Positions 29,240 to 38,767 of a DNA stretch of 42,338 nucleotides are shown piece by piece. Within the stretch, counting starts at the first letter, position 1, and the number at the start of each line of letters is the position of its first letter. The DNA comes from a virus (taxonomy: Duplodnaviria; Caudoviricetes), in the IMG/VR virus record IMGVR_UViG_3300027406_000005, positions 1 to 42,338 of that record; one strand, 5' to 3'. Both the position numbers and the translations under genes were made by a program. The notes beneath the pieces are model-generated. The model saw nothing but the letters and a program-made list of their open reading frames with translations. It had not been told where the DNA came from and did no database searches.

Positions 29240-30083
29240 TATATGTCTCCAAAGTTTGTCTTGCAAATGTTCTGCGTGAAGGTTTATCAGCTGCGGCTGC
29301 ATTCGGTCTCTCGTAGTTATCGCAGAAGAAATCTGTAGCTTGATTAATGTTAGTCATCGCAAGAAATTCATTGTAACGATAGAAACGTGGAGCTATAGAT
29401 GAAAAGTCATGTATAAAGAATTGTAACTGTGTACTGAGATTACTAATATGTAGATTTCTTTCAGCAGCAAATTCTTCAAGTTGTTGTAGTCTTCCAGCAT
29501 CTGGATTCCATTGAGCAATACCATATGAAAACTCACCTACAGCTTCTGACACAACGTGTGTTCTCATACCGGATTCTTTTAGAAAGTTTCCTATAACAGC
29601 AGAAGCGGTTATTGGTGTAAAGGTACCCATTGAAATAAGAAAGTTATATGCTTTTTGTGTATTAGAATTACCAGATAGTGCAACATCAGATACAGTCCAT
29701 GGTCGAAGTTTTGGTCTAGTACCAATATTAGGTACTGATGGATCACTTACTGCTTGAGATGAACTGCTTGGTTGACTTCTTTCTATCTTAGGTATTGAAC
29801 CTACAACGCAAGGCTGTTGGGAGTTTTTACCATCCAGAAAGACACCCATCACTATCGCACCTGGTAGTAAACGCATCTGTCTACCCACACCTGATACACC
29901 ACCTTCAGTAGATGGTATAGTAACAGAAGCCCAAGGTAGTGCTGCATCGGGTACTTCATTCTTATCTTCATTATGAATACCATAAATTCTAACCTTGACT
30001 CTGCCTACCCTATAAGGATCTGCAGTATCAACAACAATTCCGGTCCACCATCTAAGGTCGTCTCCATAGAAATCAGTAATCAT
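29229..30083 (-). CDS. gp5: gp5 N-terminal OB-fold fused to a phage tail lysozyme (Phage_lysozyme2-like)
   Basis: WWTGIV.D..DP...GRVKVRIYG.H, LPWA, G.FLDG...QQP...GS; GNFLKESG, GIAQW, QLQF, YERP. Confidence 0.82.
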   Translation of the reverse strand: MITDFYGDDLRWWTGIVVDTADPYRVGRVKVRIYGIHNEDKNEVPDAALPWASVTIPSTEGGVSGVGRQMRLLPGAIVMGVFLDGKNSQQPCVVGSIPKIERSQPSSSSQAVSDPSVPNIGTRPKLRPWTVSDVALSGNSNTQKAYNFLISMGTFTPITASAVIGNFLKESGMRTHVVSEAVGEFSYGIAQWNPDAGRLQQLEEFAAERNLHISNLSTQLQFFIHDFSSIAPRFYRYNEFLAMTNINQATDFFCDNYERPNAAAADKPSRRTFARQTLETYNGS

Positions 30084-31345
30084 ACTTTCACCACTTTCAA
30101 TGATAGGTCATGTTTCTCGTCATAGAAATTGTGTTTTGCTTCTACAATAAGATACTCTCCTGATTGTTTCTTATCACGAACCATCTTACCATCTTTCATC
30201 TGCAATACCACAATATTTATTTTATGACCAATTGTTCTTATATTATTAGCCATAAAACCATGAGCATTTACACTAATCTGTAGGGTGCCTGTTTGTACTG
30301 CCGTGATAATAGCTCTACGCACTACCTTTGTAACAAGTCTATTTAGATCATCTTCGTCATATCCATAACTGTTACCGAATGTCATACTAGGTGTTTGTAT
30401 ATCAAATGTAAAGGCTGACTCATAGTCATCTATAAATTTGTTGTCTATGGTAACCCATTTATTGTATAGATTGCCATCATAATAATCTTTTACTCTTACT
30501 TGTGGATCGTTATTCTTTTCGTTGAATGTAAGATCAAGAACCTCATACCTTTGCCCTACAGCACCCTTTATAACGGAAGAAAGAGTAGTACCACCAGCAT
30601 TACCTGCTAGATATTCAATAGAACGTATTGCTTCATTAGCATTCTCTTGATGTGCAGTAGGTCCGCTATGTGTATATGTATTGTTATTCAAGTCTGACGG
30701 ATGTGACCTTGCATTCATCATCTCACTTAATGATTTAAACTGTAGGTTCTCGCTGTTGAGTGTAGAATATAAATAATATGGAAAGCCATCTTTATCTGTT
30801 GCTCTATAGCCTATCCATTTCATTGCACCAAGAGGTGTTAAATAAGGTGTGATTACAGACATAACAGACTGTACTGGTTCTAAAGTAACATCAACTTTCT
30901 TTGCTAAGTAGCCACTGGCAATTCTTCTTATAATCTGTAATGGTGTTCCGACAAAACTTTTAGATATTTTTTCAATCTTACCTCTAAACATATGTGGCTC
31001 TTGTAACTCAAACACATATGATATTGTAGAATCGTTTACAACTTCTTTAGATAAAACAGAAGTAAGCATAAATTCTCTTCGAATAGGTGTAACATTCTTT
31101 TCACCTACAATTATGTTCATATCAATTCTAATTTTTTCAACACCAGTAATCTGTAACTGTGCAAATATGTTTTCGGTATCTACTACTAAAATTCTACCAA
31201 CAATACCTTCTCTGCCTAAACTCTCAAAAAAATGTAGGTTAGCGATTACTGCTGTAATATCAACCACAGTATTATTACTATACTCATCTTTTGTAATAAA
31301 TTTTACAGTATTATAACCATACTGAGTTTGTGTAATACCAGCCAT
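30080..31345 (-). CDS. Baseplate hub protein, gp27-like
   Basis: 421 aa between gp53 and gp5; FESL...G.I...D, C-terminal SGEYLI....H. Confidence 0.6.
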   Translation of the reverse strand: MAGITQTQYGYNTVKFITKDEYSNNTVVDITAVIANLHFFESLGREGIVGRILVVDTENIFAQLQITGVEKIRIDMNIIVGEKNVTPIRREFMLTSVLSKEVVNDSTISYVFELQEPHMFRGKIEKISKSFVGTPLQIIRRIASGYLAKKVDVTLEPVQSVMSVITPYLTPLGAMKWIGYRATDKDGFPYYLYSTLNSENLQFKSLSEMMNARSHPSDLNNNTYTHSGPTAHQENANEAIRSIEYLAGNAGGTTLSSVIKGAVGQRYEVLDLTFNEKNNDPQVRVKDYYDGNLYNKWVTIDNKFIDDYESAFTFDIQTPSMTFGNSYGYDEDDLNRLVTKVVRRAIITAVQTGTLQISVNAHGFMANNIRTIGHKINIVVLQMKDGKMVRDKKQSGEYLIVEAKHNFYDEKHDLSLKVVKV

Positions 31346-31348
31346 TGG

Positions 31349-32080
31349 TTAACCTTTAATGATTGATTCAAATTGAGATGCAACTTCTTGTACGACTTTA
31401 GCATTTAATACTACGATTTCAGATTGATTTTCATTGAACCTAATAAGTCTATCCAGATATGAAACAGCACTATACCCTGCAGGTATTGATTGTGTATGAG
31501 GATCTATATCTACCCACTCGCCATCTGCATTCTCGTAGTGATGTACTGCAGTATATTGAGGTCCGTCTCCCGAACATATAAGTGTTTGTGTTTCACCACC
31601 CTCACCTGTATTTACACTCTCACCTACATTAAAGTTATTAGATCCGCCAGTATCTACTACTAATTGTCCTAAATCAAGTAACACTTCTTTAATCATACCA
31701 CCAACACCAGAGATTGATCCAGTAACAACTTGACCAATCTTAAAGTTTGTGTTGCCAATGTTAGTAGCTGTAGTGAGCATACGATATGGATAGTTTTTCT
31801 TTGCTGTTTCAAACAACGTATTCTGATCTAATGGCCAACCACCTTCTCGTAGCTTTTGATTGAGAAGAAAGAATGTCCAATAGTAATCGGTTGTACCATA
31901 TAGTTTATATGATAGTGTATCTGGTCTATCGCCCTGCGGTACAGTATATTTCTCATAGAATGTTACATCATCAGAAATATTACCTAGTAAATCTGCGTAT
32001 GTATTTAATACTTGAAAGAGAACACCTGACTCATTATCACCAAAGTTATAAACAGTTTTATTTAAGTTTTTAAAAAACAT
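31349..32080 (-). CDS. gp53: Baseplate wedge subunit gp53
   Basis: GDRPDTLSYKLYG...YYWTFFLLN (LysM-like), WP, HHYE. Confidence 0.88.
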   Translation of the reverse strand: MFFKNLNKTVYNFGDNESGVLFQVLNTYADLLGNISDDVTFYEKYTVPQGDRPDTLSYKLYGTTDYYWTFFLLNQKLREGGWPLDQNTLFETAKKNYPYRMLTTATNIGNTNFKIGQVVTGSISGVGGMIKEVLLDLGQLVVDTGGSNNFNVGESVNTGEGGETQTLICSGDGPQYTAVHHYENADGEWVDIDPHTQSIPAGYSAVSYLDRLIRFNENQSEIVVLNAKVVQEVASQFESIIKG

Positions 32081-33123
32081 TAGTAACCTCCTCTGACTAC
32101 ATCATCTTTGTTAAGAGGTCTTGATTCTGTAAATGTAAGTGAGACATCGACATCTGTAAATCCACCATCTTCATGGAAGCCCATACCACTTGTGTTATAT
32201 GTTACATTAATATCTCTTAAATAAGATGGGAGTATTCTGGTAAAGACTTCTGAATTATTATAGAACATCTTAATCTCAAACGGATCAGGAAATCTATAAC
32301 CAAGACTGATTGCATCTGCACCAATCTCATCAGGGTACATAACTGTACGGAATCTTTTAATGATTGCTTCGATTTGTTTAACTTCTGTTGCACTATTAGG
32401 TATCATTTTAAATTGGAATGCAAAACTACGAACCGGAACAGATTGGAATTGTGTTCTTGTATTAGGGTTCATTGCTACACGTGTAGCTGCACCTAAGGCA
32501 GCATTTGTTTTTTCAAAACTTGAAAATCTATTTGCAACTCTTACTGCAGCAACAGCACCAGCTTCATCTGCCATACCTTTTACCATACCATCAATCAAAC
32601 CCTTTGAGCTGGTCTTAAATGCATCAAAGGCAGCTTTACCAACAGTTGATCCTGATTCAACAGAACCTTGGACACTTGCACCAATAGCACCGAGATTAGT
32701 TGTATCACTATATGAAATACCATCACGGAAGTTAATGTTTGGCGGAAGATATAATTGTATCTTTGGTGTATCAGGGCTAGTTGCTGTATTGCCTGCTCTT
32801 GGTGTTCTTTTTACGGTTTGTAGTGCTACCGCTTTGTTAGTAGTAGTAGCAACATCAATAGCACCTCTATTTGTCTCGGCAAGTTGATCTAATCCAGTTA
32901 ATTCATTAGCGCCAGTACCAATACCTTGAGCACGTGAATCAAATGAAATTTTTTCATTAGTCTCTTTATCAACAACAATTTGCTCACCTAAGGCAAATAA
33001 TCTGCCTGCATTGAGAGCTGTTATCTTAATTTGTTCAAAGGTTATCTTTCCTGGATATTCTTTCGGATCATTACCTAGTGGAAATGCTAAAAGAAAGGAT
33101 GATGGTGAACGGCTGTTAGTCAT
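32080..33123 (-). CDS. gp48: Baseplate tail tube cap gp48
   Basis: LYLP, NP.....F.....RSF.F.FKMIP....E...I..II..F, P..F.I, L.F.E. Confidence 0.82.
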   Translation of the reverse strand: MTNSRSPSSFLLAFPLGNDPKEYPGKITFEQIKITALNAGRLFALGEQIVVDKETNEKISFDSRAQGIGTGANELTGLDQLAETNRGAIDVATTTNKAVALQTVKRTPRAGNTATSPDTPKIQLYLPPNINFRDGISYSDTTNLGAIGASVQGSVESGSTVGKAAFDAFKTSSKGLIDGMVKGMADEAGAVAAVRVANRFSSFEKTNAALGAATRVAMNPNTRTQFQSVPVRSFAFQFKMIPNSATEVKQIEAIIKRFRTVMYPDEIGADAISLGYRFPDPFEIKMFYNNSEVFTRILPSYLRDINVTYNTSGMGFHEDGGFTDVDVSLTFTESRPLNKDDVVRGGY

Positions 33124-33134
33124 TGTAAATACCT

Positions 33135-33169
33135 AATAAATAGAGTAGAAGTTTTCATTATTATTTATA
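33135..33169. promoter_or_regulatory. Pair of opposed late promoters: AATAAATA (+, 33135-33142, to gp4) and TATAAATA (-, 33162-33169, to gp48)
   Basis: Both lie in the 55-bp gap between the divergently oriented gp48 and gp4. Confidence 0.7.
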
Positions 33170-33178
33170 AGGTAAATT

Positions 33179-33661
33179 ATGGCATACTCTGGTAAATATA
33201 AACCAAAAAACCCAGCAAAGTATAAAGGTGATCATACAAAAGTAATCTACAGATCCATGTGGGAAAGACATTGCTTTAAATGGTGTGACGAGAACCCTAT
33301 GGTTAAGAACTGGTCTAGTGAAGAGGTAGTAATACCATACTTCTATGAAGTTGATAAGAAGTATCATAGGTACTTTATGGATCTAAAGATAACATGGAAG
33401 ACTGGTAAGGTTGATCTAATTGAGATTAAACCAGAAAAAGAAACCAAACCACCAGAATTTAAAGGTAGAAAGACCAAAAGGTATATTACCGAGGGTATGA
33501 CCTATGTAAAGAATATGAACAAGTGGAGTGCTGCCCAGACGTTCGCAGCAGATCGTGGGTGGGGTTTTCAGATTTGGACAGAGAACACTTTAGAATCCAT
33601 GGGCATAAAGCCTAAATCTACTAAGAAACTAAAACCATATTCACGCAAGAAGAAAAAGTGA
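33179..33661 (+). CDS. gp4: Head completion nuclease gp4
   Basis: G.YKPKNP.KY.GD, YRSMWE, WSSEE..IPY, HRYFMD, EIKP, N..KW..A. Confidence 0.93.
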   Translation: MAYSGKYKPKNPAKYKGDHTKVIYRSMWERHCFKWCDENPMVKNWSSEEVVIPYFYEVDKKYHRYFMDLKITWKTGKVDLIEIKPEKETKPPEFKGRKTKRYITEGMTYVKNMNKWSAAQTFAADRGWGFQIWTENTLESMGIKPKSTKKLKPYSRKKKK

Positions 33662-33669
33662 TATAAATA
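33662..33669 (+). promoter_or_regulatory. T4-type late promoter TATAAATA
   Basis: Exact consensus 5 nt before the gp2 ATG. Confidence 0.75.
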
Positions 33670-33674
33670 ACATT

Positions 33675-34259
33675 ATGAGTAAACTATTCCAAAACCTAGA
33701 AATCGAAGCATTTAAAGCTGGCATTACACCAAGGACAGATCAGTCTCGTGAGTGGTTTCGTCAACGTGCAAGAAACATTCGTAGGGTTAATCGCGAACAG
33801 CTGATGAAAAGTAATGAGGTAATACAAGGTAGTAAAAGTGTTATTGGTAACATGTATATGTTCTTCTATGATCCAAAGCATAAAGATACACTACCATACT
33901 ACGATCAGTTCCCTCTTGTCTTTATTGTTGGTGATGCCAAGGGTGGTTTTACTGGTTTAAATCTACATTATTTGCCACCAACACTACGAGCTAAATTACT
34001 AGGATCATTAATTGATCTAAAATCTAATGATAAGTATAATGCATCTACCAAGTTAAGACTTAGTTATGATGTTTTAAATAACTCATCTAAGCATTCACTC
34101 TTTAAGCCTTGCTTTAAACAATATCTTACATCTCAAGTCCGGTCTCAATTCTCTATGGTACCAGCAGCTGAATGGGAGATCGCCACATTCTTACCTATGG
34201 CTCAATGGAAGAAATCATCAAGTACACAAGTTTATAGAGATTCAAGGAAAATGGTATGA
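33675..34259 (+). CDS. gp2: DNA end protector gp2
   Basis: FFYDPKHK..LPYYD.FPL, GLNLHYL, CFK.YL. Confidence 0.92.
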   Translation: MSKLFQNLEIEAFKAGITPRTDQSREWFRQRARNIRRVNREQLMKSNEVIQGSKSVIGNMYMFFYDPKHKDTLPYYDQFPLVFIVGDAKGGFTGLNLHYLPPTLRAKLLGSLIDLKSNDKYNASTKLRLSYDVLNNSSKHSLFKPCFKQYLTSQVRSQFSMVPAAEWEIATFLPMAQWKKSSSTQVYRDSRKMV

Positions 34260-34852
34260 GCTATAACGTAGAACAATTAAAATCTCTTATATCACGAAAA
34301 GGCGGTATAGCTCAAGCTAATATGTGGAAGGTACATCTACCTCCATTGCCTGGTGTACAAAGCTCTCGTGAGTTAAATGTTTTATGTAAAGATGTACAAC
34401 TTCCAGGCAGACAGATTATAACACAAGAGCGTGTTATCGGTATGAAGCCTAAGAAAGTTGCCTATGCATATGGTGAGGAAGATGTTGCTATGACATTCTT
34501 ACTCTTAAATGATTATGGCATAAAAGAATACTTTGAAGCATGGCAGAAAATGATTATTAATTTTGACACACAAGGCATTAAATACAAAGATGATTATTGT
34601 AGAGATATTATGATCACACAGCTTGCCAAAAGAAAAAAAGATGGTATAGATATTAACTTCAACATTGATCTAAGTGCTAATTCGCTTGCCGAGATGTTTG
34701 ATCTAAGTATCAGAACCGATATAGAAATTTATAAATGTAGACTGAGACGAGCATTCCCAACAACTATGAATGCTTTACAACTTAACAATGAGCAAAACGG
34801 ATTGCTTGAACTAAACGTCCAGATGTCTTACGACAACTGGGAATCTATTTAA
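34256..34852 (+). CDS. Tail tube-like baseplate protein (gp54/gp19 fold)
   Basis: GG.A..N, LC..V.LPG, FE.WQ, Y.DDY, AFP, V..SY..W. Confidence 0.75.
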   Translation: MSYNVEQLKSLISRKGGIAQANMWKVHLPPLPGVQSSRELNVLCKDVQLPGRQIITQERVIGMKPKKVAYAYGEEDVAMTFLLLNDYGIKEYFEAWQKMIINFDTQGIKYKDDYCRDIMITQLAKRKKDGIDINFNIDLSANSLAEMFDLSIRTDIEIYKCRLRRAFPTTMNALQLNNEQNGLLELNVQMSYDNWESI

Positions 34853-34863
34853 TGGAGTAAATA

Positions 34864-35571
34864 ATGGCACTACCTAAACTAAATGATCAACCTAAGTTTG
34901 ATCTTATTATCCCTTCGACAAAGAAGACAGAACGATTTAGACCCTTTCTTGTGAAAGAAGAAAAGGTTCTCTTAATTGCACTTGAGACAAATGATGAAAG
35001 AGAAATGTTATCTGCTATTGCAGAAACTATTGAAACATGTTCGATGGGTAAGATTGACAAGAATAATCTTACATCTTTTGATATTGAATATTTGTTTACT
35101 CAACTCAGAGGTAAGTCAGTTGGTGAAACAATTCAAATCAATGCTATCTGTGAACACTGTGAGGGTAAAACAGAATATAAATTAAATGTTGATAATATTG
35201 TTATGGAAGGTGGAGATGTTCCAAATATGGTACCACTTACAGATGATATTTCAATTGAATTAGAATACCCTTCATACCAAACAATTAAAGCAGAAACTAA
35301 TTCAGAACAAACAGAATCAGAAGTTGCATTTGCTATGATGAGATCATGTGTTAAGGCTGTTCTTACCGAAGATTCAAGAACAGAAATGAAAGACGAAAGT
35401 CAAGCTGACGTGGATGCCTTTATTGACTCTATGAATAGTGAACAGTTTACTAAGATTAGAGAATATGTTGAAGGTGTTCCTACCATGAAACATACTATGA
35501 ATTGGACTTGTGATAGTTGTAATAAAGACAATGAAAGAATTTTATCAGGGATACAAGCTTTTTTCTCATAG
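34864..35571 (+). CDS. gp26: Baseplate hub assembly protein gp26
   Basis: MALPK, RPFLVKEEK.LL.A, FDIEYLF..LR.KSVGE, two CxxC, C-terminal G...FF. Confidence 0.9.
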   Translation: MALPKLNDQPKFDLIIPSTKKTERFRPFLVKEEKVLLIALETNDEREMLSAIAETIETCSMGKIDKNNLTSFDIEYLFTQLRGKSVGETIQINAICEHCEGKTEYKLNVDNIVMEGGDVPNMVPLTDDISIELEYPSYQTIKAETNSEQTESEVAFAMMRSCVKAVLTEDSRTEMKDESQADVDAFIDSMNSEQFTKIREYVEGVPTMKHTMNWTCDSCNKDNERILSGIQAFFS

Positions 35572-35747
35572 GTCTGTCTCATAATAGTCTTGTTGCATAC
35601 TACCAAACAAACTTTGCCCTAATGCAGCATCACAAATATAGTTTGACAGAGATAGACCAAATGATACCATGGGAAAGAGAAGTTTATTTGGGAATGCTGA
35701 CTAATTGGTTAAAAGAACAAAAACAAGAAGCGGAACGGAATAAGTAA
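35559..35747 (+). CDS. gp51: gp51-like baseplate hub assembly frame (not in ORF track), in the -1 frame relative to gp26
   Basis: Translates FFLIGLSHNSLVAYYQTNFALMQHHKYSLTEIDQMIPWEREVYLGMLTNWLKEQKQEAERNK*. YY.TNFALMQHHKYSL.E...M.PWER.VY is the recognisable small gp51-like motif. The first ATG (35622) lies inside the motif. Confidence 0.8.
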   Translation, partial: FFLIGLSHNSLVAYYQTNFALMQHHKYSLTEIDQMIPWEREVYLGMLTNWLKEQKQEAERNK

Positions 35748-35748
35748 A

Positions 35749-37767
35749 ATGGCATCATCGCTCAATGATCTAGCAAAAGAAGTCCGAGGCTCACGTGTAG
35801 CCACGGAACGTGTAGCTGACAGTTTTGAAAAATGGTTTAAGACTCAAGAACGTAGTAGGCTTGATCAGTTAGAAAAAGATAGAGAAGCCAAGAAAACAGC
35901 ATATCAGGCTAAAGCAGAGTCAACACCAGCTGCAGAACCACAAGAGAAAAAACAAAATAGTTTACTTAAAGGTCTTGCAAGCCCATTAGCTGGTTTTGGT
36001 GTAGGTGCTGCAGCCAAAGGTCTTGGAGTTATGGGTGCTGGCATTGGTGCATTCTTCTTAGGTATGGCTGGAGCTGAGGCTATCATGGGCAAGTTTGCTG
36101 CAGATAGTGGCGGCGAGAATATAAAAAACTTGATGATTAATACAGCCGAGGGTCTTAAAGCCTTTGCTGCACCAGAGATGTTAAAGTTTGGTGCTTTGTT
36201 AGCTGGTGGTGCATTATTCGGTGCTGTTGCTGGACCTAGAAGGACTGGATATGCAGCTATTGGTATGGGTGCTATGGGTTTTGGTCTAGGTGCTTTTCTT
36301 ACAGGCTTTAGTGTAGCAGACTTTGCAATAGAAAAGACTGGATCTAATGGTGCTAACTTACCAATTATTGCTAAAAATATCTATGATACAATCTCTATCT
36401 TTACAAAGGATAATGTTGGGCTTGCTCTTGGAGGTTTAGTTGGAGCCGGTGGTCTTCTAGGCGCTGCAGTAGGTGGTGGTAGACGTGGTGCTTTAGGTCT
36501 AGTAAGAGGCGCCAGTGGAATGATTGGCTCTAATATGGTTACCTTTGGTATTGGTGCAGCACTTGGTTCTTTCTTCGCTGGCTTTGCTGCAGTTGATTCA
36601 GGAACAGAAAAGATAGGCGACGGCAGCACAATTAAGAAAGTGGCAGAGAATTTAAAAGGAACCCTTGAAGTATTTAAAGATATGACATGGATCACACCTC
36701 TCATAGCCGCTGGTGGGATCTTAGGTGCTGTTGCTGGTGGAACTGGTGGTGGATTATTGGCTGCTGGTGGAGCTGTCGTAGGTGCTAATATGGTAACCTT
36801 TGGTATTGGTGCTGCAATTGGTGCATTCTTTGCTGGCTTTGCGGCTGTAGATGGCGTTACCGCATATCTAACTGGAGATTCCAATGGTGAGGGTTTAAGA
36901 GCCACTGCTAAAAGTATGGCTGCATCACTAACAGAGTTAGGTGAGATTAATGCCGAAAAGGTTACTGCTGCTGCTGGTGCTATTAGTGCCATGGGCGGTG
37001 CTATGTTTAAGTTTTTTGGAGCCCAAGGTCTAGGTACTGTTACCAGTCTAGGTGACGCAGGTCTTACTGCACTTAAAAATGTATGGAATTGGATTACAGG
37101 TAAAGAAGAAACCACAGAAGCCACAGGACCAATAGCAAACATTTTAAAAGCAATGGCTCCTCTTGAATCATTAAACGAGAACACTATTACAAATGCCAAT
37201 ACATTAAGTGAAGCCCTTGATAAATTATTTACATCATTTAGCAATATTGCGTCAATTGGATCTGTAGGCAATTTTGGAAAAAATATGGCTTCAATGGTTA
37301 ATGATTTAGGTTTTGTGCTTAATGTTTTACCTGCTCTTATTAATGGTGGTAAAGTTATGGATGGTACACAAAACTGGTTATCAGGTATCCTTGGTACTGA
37401 TAGAGGTGTTGTTGCTGACTTTGGTGGAGGTCTTAAAAATCTTAAAGCTGAAGATTTAAAAACACTTAAGGAAGGTGTCGATGGTTTATATAAGGCATTA
37501 GGTGTACAAGTACCACCAGTACCAACAGCTGAGCCTATATCAGATGTAGAAAAACAATTAGAACCAGCTATGAAAACATTAGACGCAGTAGTAAGCGAAA
37601 TAAGAGAAAAACGAGCTCAAGCAGGCGCTAATATTGTTGATGCATCTTCAGTAGTTACAAACATAGAAGGCGCTAAACAGATAAACATTCAGAATGAAAA
37701 AGGTTCTTCTGTAGCCACTGCAGATGAAGCAATTGGTTGGTCAAATGAATACCAACGATTCATGTAA
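35749..37767 (+). CDS. Probable tape measure protein (gp29 analogue)
   Basis: 672 aa, Gly/Ala-rich helical repeats (G.NMVTFGIGAA.G.FFAGFAAVD twice), directly downstream of gp26/gp51. Confidence 0.65.
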   Translation: MASSLNDLAKEVRGSRVATERVADSFEKWFKTQERSRLDQLEKDREAKKTAYQAKAESTPAAEPQEKKQNSLLKGLASPLAGFGVGAAAKGLGVMGAGIGAFFLGMAGAEAIMGKFAADSGGENIKNLMINTAEGLKAFAAPEMLKFGALLAGGALFGAVAGPRRTGYAAIGMGAMGFGLGAFLTGFSVADFAIEKTGSNGANLPIIAKNIYDTISIFTKDNVGLALGGLVGAGGLLGAAVGGGRRGALGLVRGASGMIGSNMVTFGIGAALGSFFAGFAAVDSGTEKIGDGSTIKKVAENLKGTLEVFKDMTWITPLIAAGGILGAVAGGTGGGLLAAGGAVVGANMVTFGIGAAIGAFFAGFAAVDGVTAYLTGDSNGEGLRATAKSMAASLTELGEINAEKVTAAAGAISAMGGAMFKFFGAQGLGTVTSLGDAGLTALKNVWNWITGKEETTEATGPIANILKAMAPLESLNENTITNANTLSEALDKLFTSFSNIASIGSVGNFGKNMASMVNDLGFVLNVLPALINGGKVMDGTQNWLSGILGTDRGVVADFGGGLKNLKAEDLKTLKEGVDGLYKALGVQVPPVPTAEPISDVEKQLEPAMKTLDAVVSEIREKRAQAGANIVDASSVVTNIEGAKQINIQNEKGSSVATADEAIGWSNEYQRFM

Positions 37768-37790
37768 AAAAGGGAGCCGAAGCTCCCTTT
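37766..37790 (-). terminator. Rho-independent terminator with cUUCGg tetraloop, probably bidirectional
   Basis: Minus strand AAAGGGAGC-TTCG-GCTCCCTTTTTT, between the convergent tape measure and gp32 genes. Confidence 0.88.
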
Positions 37791-37815
37791 CTCATAATAA
37801 CAATGGTCTTAGTTA

Positions 37816-38730
37816 TTAACCTTCAGCTGCAAGTTTAGCAAAGTAGGACATAGTGTCATCATTGTCTTCCGACATCTCTGCAGCTGTAGTAGGAGCAATA
37901 GTTTCTGAAGGAGAAGTTGCTTCCATACTAGCCATGACTGGTGCTGGTTCTGCGGTATCCAAGGAGACTGCCGCTGCTGTAGTCATGGTTTGATTACCAA
38001 GAACACGATCAAGTTTGGTTTTTAGCTCATCGTATGTCTTATAGTTCTTAGCATCAGTAAACTCAGTTAGATCATGCATAGAGTTGTAGTAACCCTCCAG
38101 CTCGTCATCATCTTGAGATAGAGCAGTACCTGAGGCAAACTCTGACTTATCATAATTACGATAGCCTTCTACTTGACGGATCTTGAGTTTAAAGTTTGCA
38201 CCAGCCCAGAAATCAAATGGGTTGATAGGATCTTCATCCTGAAATTGTGGTTGCATTACATCCATGATCTTATCAAAGATTTTCTTACCGAACTGATAAA
38301 GCATTACTTTACCCTCGTTCTGAGGGTTAGCTGGATCAGATACAACAAGTGCATTAACCACATAGTGTAAACGCCGTTTCTGTCTACGAACAGTATCTTT
38401 GTTCGCTTCGATACCAGTGTTCCACAGCTCTGAGTTATGCTCAGAGACAGGGTCTTGTTGGCCAATTGAAGTCAAAGACTTCTCAATGTACCATTGACCT
38501 GTAGGGCCCTTGAACCCATGATCCCAATAACGGACCCATGGTAGTTCGGCTCCCTCTGCTGCCGGTAAAAAACGGAGAATAGCAAAACCATTTCCTGCTT
38601 TATCCACAGTGGGCTTCCACAGACGATCATCTCCATATGATTTCTTTTCATTACCACCACCAGCACTTTCTGCTGCTTGGATAAGTTTGGAGATGTTTGA
38701 TTTATTACGTTTTAGATTTGCAAAAGACAT
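37816..38730 (-). CDS. gp32: Single-stranded DNA-binding protein gp32
   Basis: DDRLWKP..DKAGNG.A.LRFLP, HGF.GP.G.WYIE, GKKIFDKI, GANFKLKI, NYDKSEF, acidic tail YFAKLA. Confidence 0.96.
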   Translation of the reverse strand: MSFANLKRNKSNISKLIQAAESAGGGNEKKSYGDDRLWKPTVDKAGNGFAILRFLPAAEGAELPWVRYWDHGFKGPTGQWYIEKSLTSIGQQDPVSEHNSELWNTGIEANKDTVRRQKRRLHYVVNALVVSDPANPQNEGKVMLYQFGKKIFDKIMDVMQPQFQDEDPINPFDFWAGANFKLKIRQVEGYRNYDKSEFASGTALSQDDDELEGYYNSMHDLTEFTDAKNYKTYDELKTKLDRVLGNQTMTTAAAVSLDTAEPAPVMASMEATSPSETIAPTTAAEMSEDNDDTMSYFAKLAAEG

Positions 38731-38767
38731 TTATATTTCCTTTATATTTGCTGAAGTGTACTGTAAT

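Noticed and set aside
29240-29302. Longer starts given in the ORF track (also 4392, 40138, 40718 and 41235)
   Set aside because: Downstream ATGs have an RBS or stop-start coupling, while the extensions overlap neighbouring genes, promoters or the structured RNA.
30768-30775. Exact TATAAATA on the + strand
   Set aside because: It is antisense and internal to the gp27-like gene with no downstream gene, and is expected by chance in AT-rich DNA.
36381-37271. 296-aa antisense ORF, and similar ones at 28422..29141, 32360..32887, 16446..16832 and 13195..13521
   Set aside because: These are shadow frames of Gly/Ala/Thr-rich genes on the opposite strand, with no RBS or motif support.
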